NCBI GenBank assembly: GCA_012026655.1
Contig: JAAILG010000035.1
Location: forward strand, 62,001-126,000
DNA from: Hydrolagus affinis
Taxonomy: Eukaryota
Reading direction: 5' to 3'
DNA length: 64,000 nucleotides
Shown: piece by piece, positions 1-13,824 of the stretch
Position numbering within the stretch: the stretch's first letter is position 1
Layout: each line of letters starts with the position of its first letter
Position numbers and translations under genes: made by a program
Notes under the pieces: model-generated
Database searches by the model: none
Seen by the model: only the letters and a program-made list of their open reading frames with translations
Told to the model about the DNA's origin: nothing

Positions 1-38
1 GTAACTTTCTTCCTTCCCGTTTTCTCGCCCACACATAG

Positions 39-172
39 ACAAATCCAGCATCAGTATAAACAAGCGCCAGAAACTCTACCAGGAATTTCTCAGCTCCATT
101 GACCAAACAGGAGACCTGCTGGGCCTGCTTGAAGAGGATGAGACAGATGAAGTCAAACAGGAGCGGCTGGAG
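39..172 (+). CDS. SUPT3H: SUPT3H internal coding exon (first in window; 134 bp, phase 1 to 0)
   Basis: Pyrimidine tract and acceptor ..acacatAG at 37-38; donor GTGGGT at 173. Translates (D)[44 protein letters not shown], matching human SUPT3H [38 protein letters not shown] as recalled. Confidence 0.96.
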
Positions 173-394
173 GTGGGTGGACCAGACTTTCCTGACCACG
201 GGGGTTCACTGTGCCAGATTTGTGCTGTTCGCATTGATACATTCTGATGTCATGAAAACTTGAGTTTGTACCAACATCTGGTTTCCCATTACATTGAGAA
301 TTGAGCTGAACATTTTTTGTTGCTCTGATATCTAGATTTCACACTGGTCTAACATTTGCAGTGATTCACACCGGGTAAACATTTGTTATCGTTA

Positions 395-965
395 ATAATA
401 ATAATAAGCCTTGTAGTGCCTTATCACATCATCAAAATGCTTCACACGATTTACTGTAAATTGTAGTTACTGAGTGGCTACAAGCGAACATGGCAGCCAG
501 TTTATGCACCTCAATGTCCAATTAGCAGCGTTGAAGAGAATAACCAAATTTTATCTGGAGGATTTCTGGCAAGTATACAGGGAGAAACTCCCTTCTCCTC
601 TTGAGTAATACCTTACTATCTTTAACGTCCACCTGCACAGAAAGATCAGACCTCCCTTTAACATCTTATCCGAGAGAAGGCACAATGCAGTGAGTTGGAG
701 TGTCAACCTAGTCTGTGAGGTCAAAGTCTTATTCTCACCCTTATTCTCGTTTTCCTCTGTCCGCACCTTCAATCATTTTACCCGCCCACAAAGCCAGTGG
801 TCCCCTACCGCTCCTGAATCCAACCCCAGTTCAGGTGCAAATCCTCGATTATAGAGCAGCTCGTGACATCCTTCCCACGTGAAAGGCACTGTCTAAATGC
901 AATTTGTTATTGTTGTTGTTTTTCTGACTAAGAGGCCAGTGTGCTGTTGATTGAGCCAGGCTGAC
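395..965 (-). mobile_element. Old Deu-domain SINE (AmnSINE1/SacSINE1-like), interrupted by an L2 3' fragment at ~735-922 (+)
   Basis: Contains atctttaacgtccacctg..cctccctttaacatcttatccgagagaaggcac..ggagtgtcaacctag, antisense to the copy at 51322. The inserted piece ends gtgaaaggcactgtctaaatgcaatt(TTG)n. Confidence 0.6.
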
Positions 966-2094
966 ACCTTGTTTGCTTTGGTATCTTGATGTCATACAGG
1001 TTAAAATTGGTTTGCCCTGACTTCAAACTGCCTGTTTTTGTCCATAAGAATAATTGACTTCTCATACCTCTGGTCTTTAATAAACTCAGCCTGAAGTGAA
1101 CATCTACTCCACAGAAAAAAATTGCTTTTCTAACATCCTGGGTTCAAACTGCTGTTTGATTCCCTGCAGGGAAAGTAAATACACAAGTAGGTTTTTTTGT
1201 GAACAAACATCATTGATGGTGGGAGTTTCCTGCCTCAGTTCCATGAATCATTGTCTGCAAATGTGTTAATTATGGTAGCAGGCTCATTGCAAATATGAAA
1301 GGGAGCATTTTGGGAATAAAATGAATCTATATTTGTCACAGGATATATGCATTCCTCTGTGATTTGCCTTGAATCTGTTGGTTTAAGATTAATGAATCCA
1401 TCCACATCATGCATGTTGTAGTTTAACTACAAAGTATCATTGAGAATCAGCTTTATTGTGGGAAGATAAGTATTTTCATTTAAATCTGCTTTGTTGGGTA
1501 GATGGCTTTATTTTATTACAAAATTGAAAACTTAATCATTTGTACACTGAAACGTTATTTCTCTGGGAATCAGTTGGGTGACATATGCGGAAACACATCA
1601 CCATGTGTGTGAAGAAGGAGAGAGAGTACACAAAAAGGTGTGAATGTGTGAAATGATAAGGCAGGTGGTTGAGGCAGATCGGGTCAACAAATTCAAGAAG
1701 TAATTCTTGATTATGCACAGCTCCAAGGACACTCAACAGTTCGCCAGTACTGTACATTGTGTATTTATAGGAGAACATGAAAACCAATTTGCAAACAGGA
1801 AAGTTTCACAAATACTCGTGGAATTAATCACAAATTTTACCTGTAGGATTGCTGGCCAAGACACTATTTGGAATAGTGCCATGGGATCTTTCATGTCTAC
1901 CTGAACAGGTAACTAGAAGTCTGAGTCAGGCAACTGAGTAAAAGAGTCAGGCAACTGAGTGAGAAACAAATGATAGATTTTCTGCTTGAAAATTATTGTT
2001 ACAGGGGAGCTGAGGAGATCCATGTACAAATACATTGAAAGGGTACATGGCAAGTTCAGCTTACCAACACTCAAGCGCTGTTCCTTTTTGTTGT

Positions 2095-2452
2095 GGAGCC
2101 CCATAGTAGTTAGCATGCTTGTCTCGCAAGCAAGAAGACCCAGGTTCCATTCCCAGCTGGGGCGAAGAAAAGTTTCCTTACTCCACACACCTCTATTTAC
2201 CTATCAGTAAATTATTACCCATTAGTCGATTGCTGGATCACTTTCCAGTGGTACTAAGCTCTTTTTCTAAAAAAAAGGGGTCAATTCATGCAGGACTATT
2301 TGTGGGACACTGCTGTGTGCAACTGCCTACCACGATTCACCTACAATATACACAATGAGTTCACTTCACAATATACTCTGTGAACTGCTTTGAGATGTCT
2401 TAACAATAAGACGCTATGGTAAGGCGCTATATCAAAAGCAAATATTATTATT
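2095..2452 (+). mobile_element. tRNA-headed SINE, older long variant
   Basis: Degenerate A/B-box head, aagtttccttactccacacac, an extra central segment, Deu-like tgtgggacactgctgtgtgcaa, and an L2-like tail ending (TTA)n. Confidence 0.7.
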
Positions 2453-4165
2453 GTTCTGCAAGAACTGGGAGGACGATCGTCTGTTTAAGAACATTTAAAA
2501 GTTTAATGGACCACCTGAAACCTAACTATTTTAAAATCATCCATAGCGCAAACCAGATAAAATTTACAAACAGTGCACTGATTTACAATGCAATCCAATT
2601 TATGTTTAAAAAGCTCTTTTCACATCAGGATGCAAACACCTTTGAGATATTTGTGGGAATGGTGGTGGCTGTTATGCTTAAACTTGATATATATGCACTT
2701 TTAGTGTTGATTTGATATGCATTAGGCATCGAGTCGACATTAAGTAAGGGTTCCATATAAACCGGGCTTCAATGAAACCACTTTATGCTTCTGACATCTT
2801 CTGAAGTCTAATATTTCACACGGTTTCATTTCTGAACATTTTACTGCTCTAGATAGTGTGCTCTGTTACCAATTACAAACAGAACTGGGTGACTTATTAC
2901 CCCAAACAATAGAGCTTAATCCATTCCCTCCTATTAATTACTGTGATTTAGTTTTCCACAGAAATGACTTCAATTTAAATACCAGCTAAAAGCTATAATA
3001 GAGGAGGCATTAGGATTTCAGTGGACATCAAAACAGCATAACATCAAAGAATCTAATCTGAGCCATTTCATGTTGCAAGTGTTCGCCTTTAACAGAACAC
3101 AAAGCTATGCTTTAGCATGTAGAAGATTCAGAATTTGTTTTGGGGATTGTCAGAAGGTTTCAATACTAATTAATTCAGGAAAGGCCTGGCAAAAGAGGCC
3201 TAATTATTTGCTGCATCTTACTTTGTTTGAATATGCTTACACTTACAGTCTGGCATCAATACAGACCATTAAACATGCCATTTATTTAATTTGTTCCTGC
3301 AGGATCTTTTGGCCGTAACTTTTTCTTATATTTCATTAGTTCAAATAACGTTGGAATCTCGGTCTCAAGGCATTCCTAGAATCTCCTAATGTTTTTATTT
3401 CAATTTTGCGTGATTTTAGGGAAGAAGACATGACTGAACAACATAAAATCTCCTCATGTGTTTTCCTCTAATGGTCTGAGTAATTTGCGTTATTACAAAC
3501 ACTGGCTATAAGGAAAGTATCTTTTCTAATTGCTTGTACATGAGCTTTCCAATTATATTTAACTGAAGGGCAAAAACCATTAAGGGACTGAAGTTGGAAT
3601 TAGGAAGGTGGGCTTTTGGAGGACAACACAAACATAAAAAAAATTGCTAAGTGGCCTGCTGCTGTGACTGTGGTTCTAGGCTCTCACTGTGTGATGGCGA
3701 TGAAAGATTTCCTCTTGTCCCATTTAAATTGTTATTTTGTACTGAGAATGTAATTCGAGGAGCTGTTTCCACCCTCTCGCCAAATCACTAGAACCTTTCT
3801 TGACGGAATAATTAGTGGATGTGATAGCAAAATCTGGGTGGATTTACTCTGAGGCAGAAAGGACTTGGGAATGCCATGTAAGATGATGACACCGATCATG
3901 GAGGCCCGGCAAAGAAAATTGGACAAGTATTTTCTTCCCCTCTGCCTCACCCACCTGCTAGGAATAGAGAGGATCTTATACCTTCCACTTCTTGACTGCA
4001 CACGACTGCAGCCAGCTCCACTATGGCCACTGGTTGGTGGCAAGACTGCATTTTTTTTGGGGGGCGGGGGTCAAGAATTCCAGTGAGGGAGCACTTGGGG
4101 AAATTTCCCATATACCCAGTCTAACCCTGAATCTACCCATTTAGTAACTAGTTGTCTTACCAAAG

Positions 4166-5097
4166 AATCATAGAATCTTACGGCACAAAAAGAGGCCTTT
4201 TGGCCCATCGAGTCTGTGCCAGCTCTTTAAAAAGAGCAATTCAATCCCACTGCCCAGCTCTCTCCCCATAACCGCGCAAACCCGTCCTCCCCAAATAAAT
4301 GTCCATCTCTCTTTTAAGAGTTGTTATTGAATCGGCCTCTACCACCTTTTCAGGCAATGCAGTCCAGATTTGAACAACTCCCTGAGTGAAAAAAATTCTC
4401 CTCAGTTCCCCTCTGCTTCTTTTTGAAGCTATTTTAAATCTGTGACCACAAGTCACTGATACACCCACCAGTGGAAACAGTTTTTCCTTGTTTACTTTGT
4501 CGAATCCCCTTGATCTTAAAAATCTCTATTAGCTCTCCTCGTAACCTTCTCTGTTCCAATGAGAATAAACCTAGCCTCGCTAGCCTTCCTCATAGCTGAA
4601 GTCCCTCATTCCTGGTACCATCCTGGTAAATCACCTCTGCACCCTTTCCAATGCCTTAGCATCCTTCCTAAAGTGTGGTGACCAGAGTTGAACACAGTAC
4701 TCTAGTGTTAAACAGTGTTAAACCAAAGTTTTATAGAGGTTAGTCAGAACTTCCTGACTTTTGTACTCTATGCCCCTATTTATGAAGCCTAGTATCTCGT
4801 ATGCTTTTTTAACAGCCTTGTCTACCTGTCCTGCCACCTTCAAAGAATCACTTACACAAACTCCCAGGTCTCTTTGTTCCTTAAAATTGTACTGTCTAGC
4901 CTATATTGCCTCCCACTTATTTCTCCTTCCAAAATGTATCACCTCACATTTCTCTACATTAAATTTCACCTGCCCATTTTACCATTCTGTCTATATCTTC
5001 TTGCAGATGGCTACTATCCCCTCACTATTTACTATTTTTCCTCACTCTGTGTCATCCGCAAATTTGCAAATGGTACTCCCTGTACCCAAGTCCAGAT
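4166..5097 (-). mobile_element. CR1 LINE 3' fragment
   Basis: Minus strand encodes CR1 ORF2 C-terminal motifs (FFTQGVVQIWTALPEKVVEADSITTLKREMDIYL); terminal catagaatc repeat at the left end. Confidence 0.9.
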
Positions 5098-5254
5098 CGT
5101 ATATTGAAAACAAAGTTTTTGTAAAAGTCAATAATAACCAGGCTCCAACAGCAGAGATTCCAAATTTGACCTCGATAAAGCAGCAAAATGGGAGGACTGC
5201 ATATGAGTTTAAAATACAGTGAATCAAGTCCTGCGTGTAGAAACTGCAAACTAT

Positions 5255-5518
5255 GTAGTCCTGTAGCTCAGTGATTAGAGTACCGCCTTGCAAGCGAGAG
5301 ACCTGGGTTCGATTCTCGGCAGGTTGAAACCTTGAGCAAGTTTGCTTACTCCACACACCTGACAATGATCAGAGATCAGAGATCAGAAAAAAAACAATTA
5401 TAATGTGGTCACTCGATCCACAACTGGCAGCACTGTGCAGTCAATTTTACAGTATATTCTGTGAAGCGCTTGGAGACATCTAGAAGTGCTATACCAAAAG
5501 CAAGGATTATTATTATTG
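5255..5518 (+). mobile_element. tRNA-headed SINE (short variant)
   Basis: A box tagctcagtga, anticodon-like loop cttgcaa, B box ggttcgattc, tail gcaaggattattattatt; collinear with six other copies in the window. Confidence 0.88.
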
Positions 5519-8019
5519 TAGCGTGTTTGCTGCAATAAAATCTTCAGGGGAATTAATAGTGTGTTTGTAACATGGATGTTGCCGCACCATTTACAACATT
5601 AGGTTTATGACCAAAATTGTTGGATTTGCTATAAAGTTCTATTCAAAATTTGTTATAACTCACAATACTGAACGGAGGCAAAGGTAGTCTTTGCAGCCAA
5701 ACATTTGCTTTGCAGCCTTTCTGTGGTCTTTCGCAGGACTTTTCTTGGCTCGGAGGCAAATCACCGGCTGTGTTTGCAAACCAGTAGCTGCAATTATCAC
5801 GGCAAACAAGATGCTTCTAACATTGATAAATAACACTGACCTCAAGCCTAATAAAACACCCCAAATTGCATTCAGGATAAGACTCCCAGTTGTGGCCAAT
5901 TTGTCTTGAGATTTCAAATCAAACAAAATTCTTACATTTTATGTGAGAATACAAAACTAATTTTCATTTATATTCTATGAAGCACCTTTCCTACTCTCCT
6001 TCCCCCCCACACCCGCTCGGGTCCCGACCTAACTGTTCAGCGCCTTGGGACATCCTCCCGACGTGAAAAGCACTCTATATATGTAATTTTGTTGTTGTTG
6101 TTGTTGTTTCATGTCAGGAGGACATGAAGAAGGAGGGGGGGAACAGTTCCTTAAATCATATTCTTAGTACAAAATAGGAATTTATATAGGGTGTTGATTG
6201 AATGCCAGGGAGAACCGAAAACCATAGTTTGTGCATATGCTAGTCTTGGCGTGGACCCAAGCTGGGGGTGGGAGTCGAAGAAGGTGTGGGTGGGGAGAGG
6301 GAAGATGACCAAAGGAATGGTCAAAGAGAAAAGTCTAGAGATGGACCTTGAAAGAAGAGAGAGAGGGAGGGGCTAGGGTTCCAAATAGTTGGGGCAGAGA
6401 GGCGGAAAGCCCGACCATCTATAGTAGAGAAGCACTTCCAACAGTGTAGCATTCTCTGCATTAGAGTGTCAGGCTAATTATTGATTGTGGGGCTACAGCT
6501 CATGACTTTCTGACTCACAGGCGAGAGTGCAACCAACTGAGCAAGGCTGCCATCTGATAAGTGATCGTGGACAGTATACTGTGTGCAGCCAGCAGGAAGT
6601 GACTGGAAGCAGCAGTCTCCCACCGAGTCAGACAAACAAAAGGAGATATTTTGTTAGTAAAATGAAATTCCCACTTTTCTGCTAGGCTTTAAAAATCTAA
6701 TACCTGATAAATCTAACCAGTTCAGCATGCAGAATAAAGTGAATGCATGGAAGGGAAATACACATTCTACATTGGAGCCCCATAATAATAATAATCCTTG
6801 CATTTGATAATGCAATAGTTGGGGCATTCACTGTACATGAGAGCAAAAAAATCAATGCATCAAAACACAACTTGGACAAAAACAGAATGGCTGACTTCTG
6901 AGTCGTCCGGTCACTGCTGATGTCACTTCTTGCATAATGCACAAGAAGGCACATTGATGGGAACTGGATAAGATGGAAATTGGCTATTTTGTCTTCCCAT
7001 GCATTGGCCAGTATCTTGAAGTGCTGCCTGAGTTGCTGCTGTATTTTAGATTTTGGGATTAATGACAACAACAACCACTTACATTTATGTAGGACCCTCC
7101 ATGTAGGACCCTCCATGCTGGGCGGTATCTCAGAGCGCGAATAACTTTGGTGTCCAAACTCAAATGTGACGCATGTTACAAAATGGATCTACTGTAGCTT
7201 GAATGTTGAACTCTATTGACCGGGGGAAAACTGTGATGTTTCATAAGAAATCTGACGTGTCTCTATATTTTCAACAAATAGGAGAAACATGGGGACAAAA
7301 ATCTAGCCCTCAGTTTTCAATGTCATTAAATCTCAATGATAGATAAATAATGCTATATAGTTAATTGGTTCCTTACTAAAGACTTACAGCATTTTCCATC
7401 CTTAATGACCAAAGGAACCAGCAACAACAGTTCCAAAATTGTGGTTAGCGCAAGATGTTTAATGCTTTGCTGCTCCTTCATTCTACAGCTTCATTGACCC
7501 ATTCTCATTGCATCAGGAGAACAATTTCATAACTAATATACTGAAAAAGGGAATTGGGTGAATGAAAAAACTACAGAATAAAAGAGCAACAAAGCATCTT
7601 ACACTAACTGTACCAAATTAGTTTGATAATGAATGTAAAATAATTGCTAAGATTTGACATGCCAGAATTTTTTGAGAAAAAGGAACATTGCTCAGAGTTC
7701 AGCATTTAGCACTCAGTGCAGTACTACCGCAGGCAGACGATGAAAGTATTACAGTTTGTACTGGGTGCTGCAATGAACATAACTGTGAACAAATTGGCTG
7801 TGTACATAATTGTGTGAACTGGGTGAATGTGTACATAACTGTGTAACAACTGGGTGAATGAAAAAAATATAGAATAAAGTGCCTTGGGACGACCTCCGGA
7901 CGTGAAGGGCGCTCTATAAAAGTAACTTTGTTGTTTTGTTGCTGTTGTACAAACTGGTTACCCAACTCACCTACAAATACATAGTCATTACAATTACGCC
8001 TTCACACATGGAAGTTGAT

Positions 8020-8530
8020 GCAGGCGTTGAAAACATCAACCTCCATGGTTGCTCACCCGAACTCACCAAGCCAGTCAGGAACCTAGGTGTCTTGTTTGAT
8101 TCTCAACTGTCTTTCCTCCCCCACATCCAAGCAATGATTTGCTCTGCCTTCCTTCACCTCCACAATATTGCCCAACTCCGCCGTTACCTTACTCCCAAGG
8201 CCGATGAAACCCTCATTCATGCCTTCATTACATCCTGGCTTGACTACACAAATGCCCTGCTTGTTGGTCTTCCCAATTCCTCCCTCCATAGGCTGCAGAT
8301 AATCCAGAACTCTGCAGCCCGTGTCATCTACTGCTCCAAGCTTCGCGACCCCCATTCCTCACCCGACTCCATTGGCTCCCCATCACCCAGAGGATCCAAT
8401 TCAAAATCCTGGTCCTCACATTCAATGCCCCCCATGGCCTCTCCCCACCCTACAGCCGCGACTTCCTAACCCCCTAATAACTTGCCCACTCCGCTCAGCA
8501 GGCCTGCTCCATATCCCCCCACCCATGAGG
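8020..8530 (+). mobile_element. L2 LINE ORF2 C-terminal fragment
   Basis: VRNLGVLFDSQLSFLPHI..AFLHLHNIAQLR..ETLIHAFITSWLDYTNALLVGLP..LQIIQNSAARV is typical of the L2 reverse transcriptase C-terminus. Confidence 0.92.
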
Positions 8531-8905
8531 CATTTTAGGTGATAAAGCTCTATATCAGATACTAAGATTATTATTAATAACCCCTCTTTCCAAAATATCA
8601 ATTGTATCATCTCAATTTACAGCAGCACTCAAATGAGCCTTCACCAATCTTCCTGTTATCTCATATACGTTGACGAATGTTAACACATGTTAACCCTTCC
8701 ATGTTGATTACTGTCTGTGTAATGAAATGCTTTGTTGGCGGCTTTCCTAATCCTGCTCTTCACAACTCTATACCTGTGATCTTTAGTGAATTCACAAGTA
8801 ATGTTCTGGGGTAAATTTCTCATTTCCATTTAGCATCTTATCTCCTCTATAAAGGACCTCTGAAATTTCAACCTTCAAAATGACATAGTCTTTCCTTTGT
8901 CACAG

Positions 8906-8981
8906 AGAGCTGAGCGCCAGACCCGAATGATGGATTCTGCACAATATGCAGAGTACTGTGAGAGTCGACAACTAAGCTTTG
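8906..8981 (+). CDS. SUPT3H: SUPT3H coding exon (76 bp, phase 0 to 1)
   Basis: Acceptor tttcctttgtcacAG, donor GTAAGT. Encodes [25 protein letters not shown] (human [25 protein letters not shown]). Too short for the ORF track. Confidence 0.97.
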
Positions 8982-9779
8982 GTAAGTACAGTCACATTTA
9001 ACTAAACTTATCTGGTCTAAAACTAAATATCAATCGTCTTACTATTAATAATAATTCGTACATTTGACATAATGCCTTTCACATTGGGAATACATCTCAA
9101 AGTGATTAACAGAATTTACTGTAAAAGTGTAGTGGCTGCAAACTTTACGAAATATTGTTGACCACCAATCCATGGATTTTGTTTGGTTAGCCGGGTATCT
9201 GACAAATCGGAAACTTATCACTATGTTTAAGAATATACAATGCAATTCAATTTACGTTTATAGAACATGTTTTACATTAAGACGACGTCTGATTCTATAT
9301 TAGTTATCATTCGTTTGATAACTAATGTAAAATAATTACAGTGTTGGATTGGCACTCACTATCCAAACAAGCTATTGATACTTCCCCATGAAAAACTCCC
9401 TTTGTCTGGAATGGAGAGTTCACTCTATCCCCGGAGAAATGTATCCTCATCTGATGCCAGAAAGCATTAGGTATGGGTTGGCGAGACACAAGGCTTGGGG
9501 ATACGAGAGAGTGCATTGGAGGTGGTGTTACAGATGAAACAAATGCTCATGTAGCTATTATATTTGGATACATCATACAAATGGATTCAGCACTTCATCA
9601 GTAAATGTCTTGAATACCAGACGTTGGGTATCAGGAACTTGAGGTGGATTCACTATGCAGGGAGACTAGACTCAGGGAAACAGAGGGTCCTGATTCTACT
9701 GTGGAGAACTTTGCTTTATCAGTACCATTTTATGAAGGTAATGTAAATTTAAAAAAAGTTAAATAAATTTTATTCACAT

Positions 9780-9940
9780 CTTAAGACTGAGATGGATAGA
9801 CAATTTGTTAGGTCATGGTATTAAGGGATACGAGGCAAGGGTGTGTAAAAGGACTTGAGGTACAGATCAGCTATGATATTATAGAATGGCGGAACAGGCT
9901 AGAGGGGCTGAATGGCCTACACCTGTTTCTATGTTTCTAA
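9780..9940 (+). mobile_element. CR1 LINE 3' tail, with more decayed CR1-like sequence to about 10700
   Basis: aagactgagatggataga..tattaagggata..agaggggctgaatggcctac..tctatgtttcta, the same tail as 15590-15757. Confidence 0.75.
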
Positions 9941-11934
9941 GGCTGCCCAGAAGTTGGTTAGCAAGAGATCAGCAAAGCCAGGAGAGGACCTACAGAAGAT
10001 GCAAAACATAATGCCATAAAATTCTTTTAATATACTATAACAATAAGAGGACGATCGGAGGGATAAAATCCTAAAGGAGCAAAAGGGATTTAAAAATGAG
10101 GGCAAATAGGAGAAATAAAATGATTACATTTTGAGATTTTTGTTTTACTAGGTGGATGCTAACAGCATCCAACTCGCGTCAAATTAGTCTAGCCCTTTGG
10201 TGAGGCAAAGGTTCTAAATGGGGTTAAAGATTTGAAACCCATTAACTATCTAGAGACAGATTACAGGAGTACCGGAGGAGATTTGTGAAGCACTTTCATC
10301 TGAACTGAAGGTTGTCAATCTAAAGTTGAATGCTAGAGTTTGGTTGCATGATTTAGCAGTTTCCCAAGCCAAATTGAATGTTCAGGAGCTCTGGTCACTA
10401 TCACATAATGGATTAACTGCTTCTATTGCCTGAATAGTGTCTGGATCATTGATTAGATGTTTCATGAATTGAAAAATTAAGCAATACTTTCAGTTGTGTA
10501 AAGGCAAAAAACATGAGGGTACTGATTTCACATTGTGTAGGACAATTGTAGGATACACACCAAGAAATGTGTTTTTTTACAACTGGAAGTGGTTACCAGG
10601 GAGGAGGATTGAAATCAAGACATTGAACTCATTTAAGAAACAGCTTGATCCTGGAAGAATTGACCAAAGAGAGATTCTCGTGAAATAAACTCTGGGATCT
10701 TGCAAGTGACTTCAGTGAGGATGCGTGCAGCCATCGGCATACAAAAGTCAGCAGTGAAAGAGTTAGCTTCATACAGTCCACAAACTGTATAAGCTGTGGA
10801 AAATTGGCAACTAGTACACAATGATTGATCGCAAATAACTTTAACACAAAAGGAATGTTTTCTTAACTAGCAAGGCATCTTGCTTTTAAAACTTCCTGCT
10901 GTGGTGTCCATTCAGTAATGGCCAATTTGGCCAAGACTCAACATTCCAAAGCTAAATACTATGTTCACATTATTAACGCTTATTGACATTTATAACTTGG
11001 TTACTGGAAGTGTTTGTGAACCAGTACAATAACAGGTTATAAATCAGCTCATGAAGCTTGCTCACTACCTCGAGTTGCTGCAAATAGATGACTAAGAGGT
11101 TGGGTTAAAGGCCACAGAGAGATGAAAAGGACAATTAAATCATGACAAAATTGCACATGATCCAAGAACAGGGAGAAGGGGAGAAAAGAATGCGGAGTCA
11201 TCAGTAATGCGTTCACTTTCTGTAGATACAAAGGTTTGAACAAATCTCCCGAATCTCTCTTTCAAAGTAATTGTTTCCAAATCTCCAAATTGTGGTCTGC
11301 TGCATCCAGCGTTTTTTCATTCCAGATCAAGGCAGTGTAGAATTTCTCCGGTAAACACAGAATTAAGAAAGCAACAGAATAAATTGTATTTTGATCGTTT
11401 CAAAACAAATAACTTTTATTGAGCTACAAAACTGTGCGTATTTGATAGGGTTTAAAGCAGTGGGTTGGTGAGTACTTTTTGAATTAAAACTCCACCAAAC
11501 GTCTTTATCCCTTCCTGCCTTTGAAGTGCAGCTGCTCTGACACAGTCATAGTCTGGGCAGTTTTCTCAGCTGAAGCTTTCTTGGCTGTGGTACTGTGTGT
11601 ACCCATGATCAGCAACATACATACAGGAAAGCCTGGAGACTAGTGGTTTACGGAAAATAAAGCACTGAGTTGCACTTGGCTGCTTAACTACAAGTGCTAC
11701 CGGTTTGAGTTATGTTGGCCACAAAACTAATGGTTTATTCTCCTGAAACTACCGGTTACTTTACCATGTGTAAATGAATCCAGAAAACACTGGAAATACA
11801 CAGCATGTTGATTCGCATCTGAAAGAGGAAGACGGGTTTAGCCCAGGCGTTCTCTGTTACTTGTTTTTTCTCTCTTAAGACAATTTTCTTGCCTCCTGTC
11901 CTGAAGGCTCTTCCCGGGAGATATATAGTATATT

Positions 11935-12520
11935 ATAATATTACTTACATTTGTTATAGTACCTTATCATGTTGCCAAGACGTCTCAAAGTGCTTCACTG
12001 GGACTGGATATATTCTAAAGTCCACTTTGTGTACTTTGTGAGCGAACGCAGCAGCCAATTTGCACACAGCAATGATCCCCAAATAGCCATGGAATGAATG
12101 ATCTATTTTATCTGGTAGATTATAGGCCAAGACAGAAGAACATAAGAATATAAGAATTAGGAGCAGGAGTAGGCCATTTGGCCCCTCGAGCCTGCTCCGC
12201 CAATCAATAATATCATGGATGATCTATTCTAGCTCAACCTACCCGCCTTATCACCATATCCCTTAATCCCGTTATCCATAAAACAGAAGACACTGGGACA
12301 AACTCCTTTCTCTTTTCAAATAGTTTCACAGGATCTTTAACATCCACCTGAACAGACAGATAGACTGTTTAATGTCTCATTCGAAAAGCGGCACCTCCAT
12401 CAATGCAGTACACCCTGTGTTGGACTGCCTACAAAGACTGTGTGGGTTCTAACTTCTAACGTGGGATTTTAATCTGCAACCTTCTGACTCAGAAGCAAGA
12501 GTATAACTGAGCCAGGCTGT
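11935..12520 (-). mobile_element. Deu-domain SINE interrupted by a CR1 tail (12136-12278)
   Basis: Deu-like motifs (gcagccaatttgcacacagc; ggatctttaacatccacctgaacagacag) flank agaacataagaatataagaattaggagcaggagtaggcc. Confidence 0.7.
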
Positions 12521-13359
12521 GCTGAACTGAAGAATAGTGGCTCATCAAAGTAGCCGTTCTTCGCTTGTGAGCAGACACAATGATTGATTTTTTTTCTCAT
12601 TCCCTCTTTAGCCCTGAGGTTTATTGTGGCACCTAAATTACTGCCCATGCTTTCGTGCTTTCAATCAATCTCCTTCCCCCACTGCTGTCCAGCTTCCCCA
12701 ATCCCTATCCCCAGCTCAGGTCCGAAATACTGTCTGTCCAGCGGCTTGGGACATCCTCTCGATGTGAAAGGCGCTATAGAAATGTAATTTTGTTGTTGTT
12801 ATCGATGGGAGCAACTAATCTTGAACATATCAGGATACACGGTATAAGTTACTATGTGATTTTATTTGTAAACCTACTACTGTATATACCATTGGGGGAG
12901 CTACAGAATGTAAAGTGTGTTTTCCTGGATACAGTCTCTCTCTCATATATAGAGTTCCCCCCACACTCTCTCTCATACACACATACACCTTTCTCTTTAA
13001 GAAGCGTTGCTTATATTTCAAAACTCCAGTATTTTACCTTTTTAGCTCAGAATTCGCATTCTATTTCTAGAACAGATTTATTTTATAAAAAACACACATC
13101 ACTTTACCTTTTACTTTGTGTTCCACCTTTGCTTTTCTGTCCAGATTCAACGGTAATTTAAATAGAGACTATGGAATTACTCTCATCAGGATTTCGAATG
13201 ATGCTGCCTAAAATTAGTGAAAATAATTTTTTTAAATTAACTTTTTTAGTAAGCTAACATGTTATAGGAGTGGAAGACTTAAAGAAAGATATACAGTACT
13301 TTGTTTGTCAGGGTAAATTATTTCAGCCAGAGCAGCATTAAGGATGCTAAATTTTTTAT

Positions 13360-13535
13360 TAATGTATGTGTGGGGGTGGGTGTTCATGCGCATGTGTGTG
13401 CTTTGAATGGTTGTGTGTGTATGTGATTGTGTTGTATGTTTTATGGGTGATTTGGATCTGTGTGTATGGATGTGATTGAGCATGTGTGGGTGGTTGTATG
13501 TTTTATATATGGTGTGTATGTGTGTGTGTGTGCGT
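13360..13535. repeat. Degenerate (TG)n microsatellite
   Basis: Long TG-rich tract. Confidence 0.85.
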
Positions 13536-13540
13536 GAATG

Positions 13541-13824
13541 AATAATAATAACAACAATCCTCGCATTTCATATAACACTTTTCACGTCTTAAGTGAATTA
13601 ATTGTATATTTTGTGGGCGAAATGCGGCAGCCAATTAATTACGCATAGCAGTGTTACAAACAGGCGTGGATTGAGAAGAACAACTTTTTATCATGTTTTT
13701 TTTTGAGGGATTATTATCAGACGTGTGGAGTAAGGAAACTTGCCCAAGGTTTCGCTCTGCCTGGAACCAAGCCCAGGTCTCTCGCTTGCAAGGCAAGTGC
13801 TCTAACCACTGAGCTACGGGACTC
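13541..13824 (-). mobile_element. tRNA-headed SINE
   Basis: Reverse complement starts gagtcccgtagctcagtggttagagcacttgccttgcaagcgagagacctggg and ends in (TTA)n. Confidence 0.88.

Noticed and set aside
1923-1960. Short tandem duplications (also 7087-7116, 7799-7859, 43933-43970, 52417-52450)
   Set aside because: Two-copy slippage duplications with no spacers or regular array; not CRISPR-like.
3850-4140. Possible minus-strand member of the unclassified repeat
   Set aside because: Shares only two short words (ggaaatttccc, ccaagtcct); the other motifs are missing.
7936-8469. 177-aa ORF resembling reverse transcriptase
   Set aside because: Truncated L2 ORF2 C-terminus lacking the catalytic core; frameshifts near its end.
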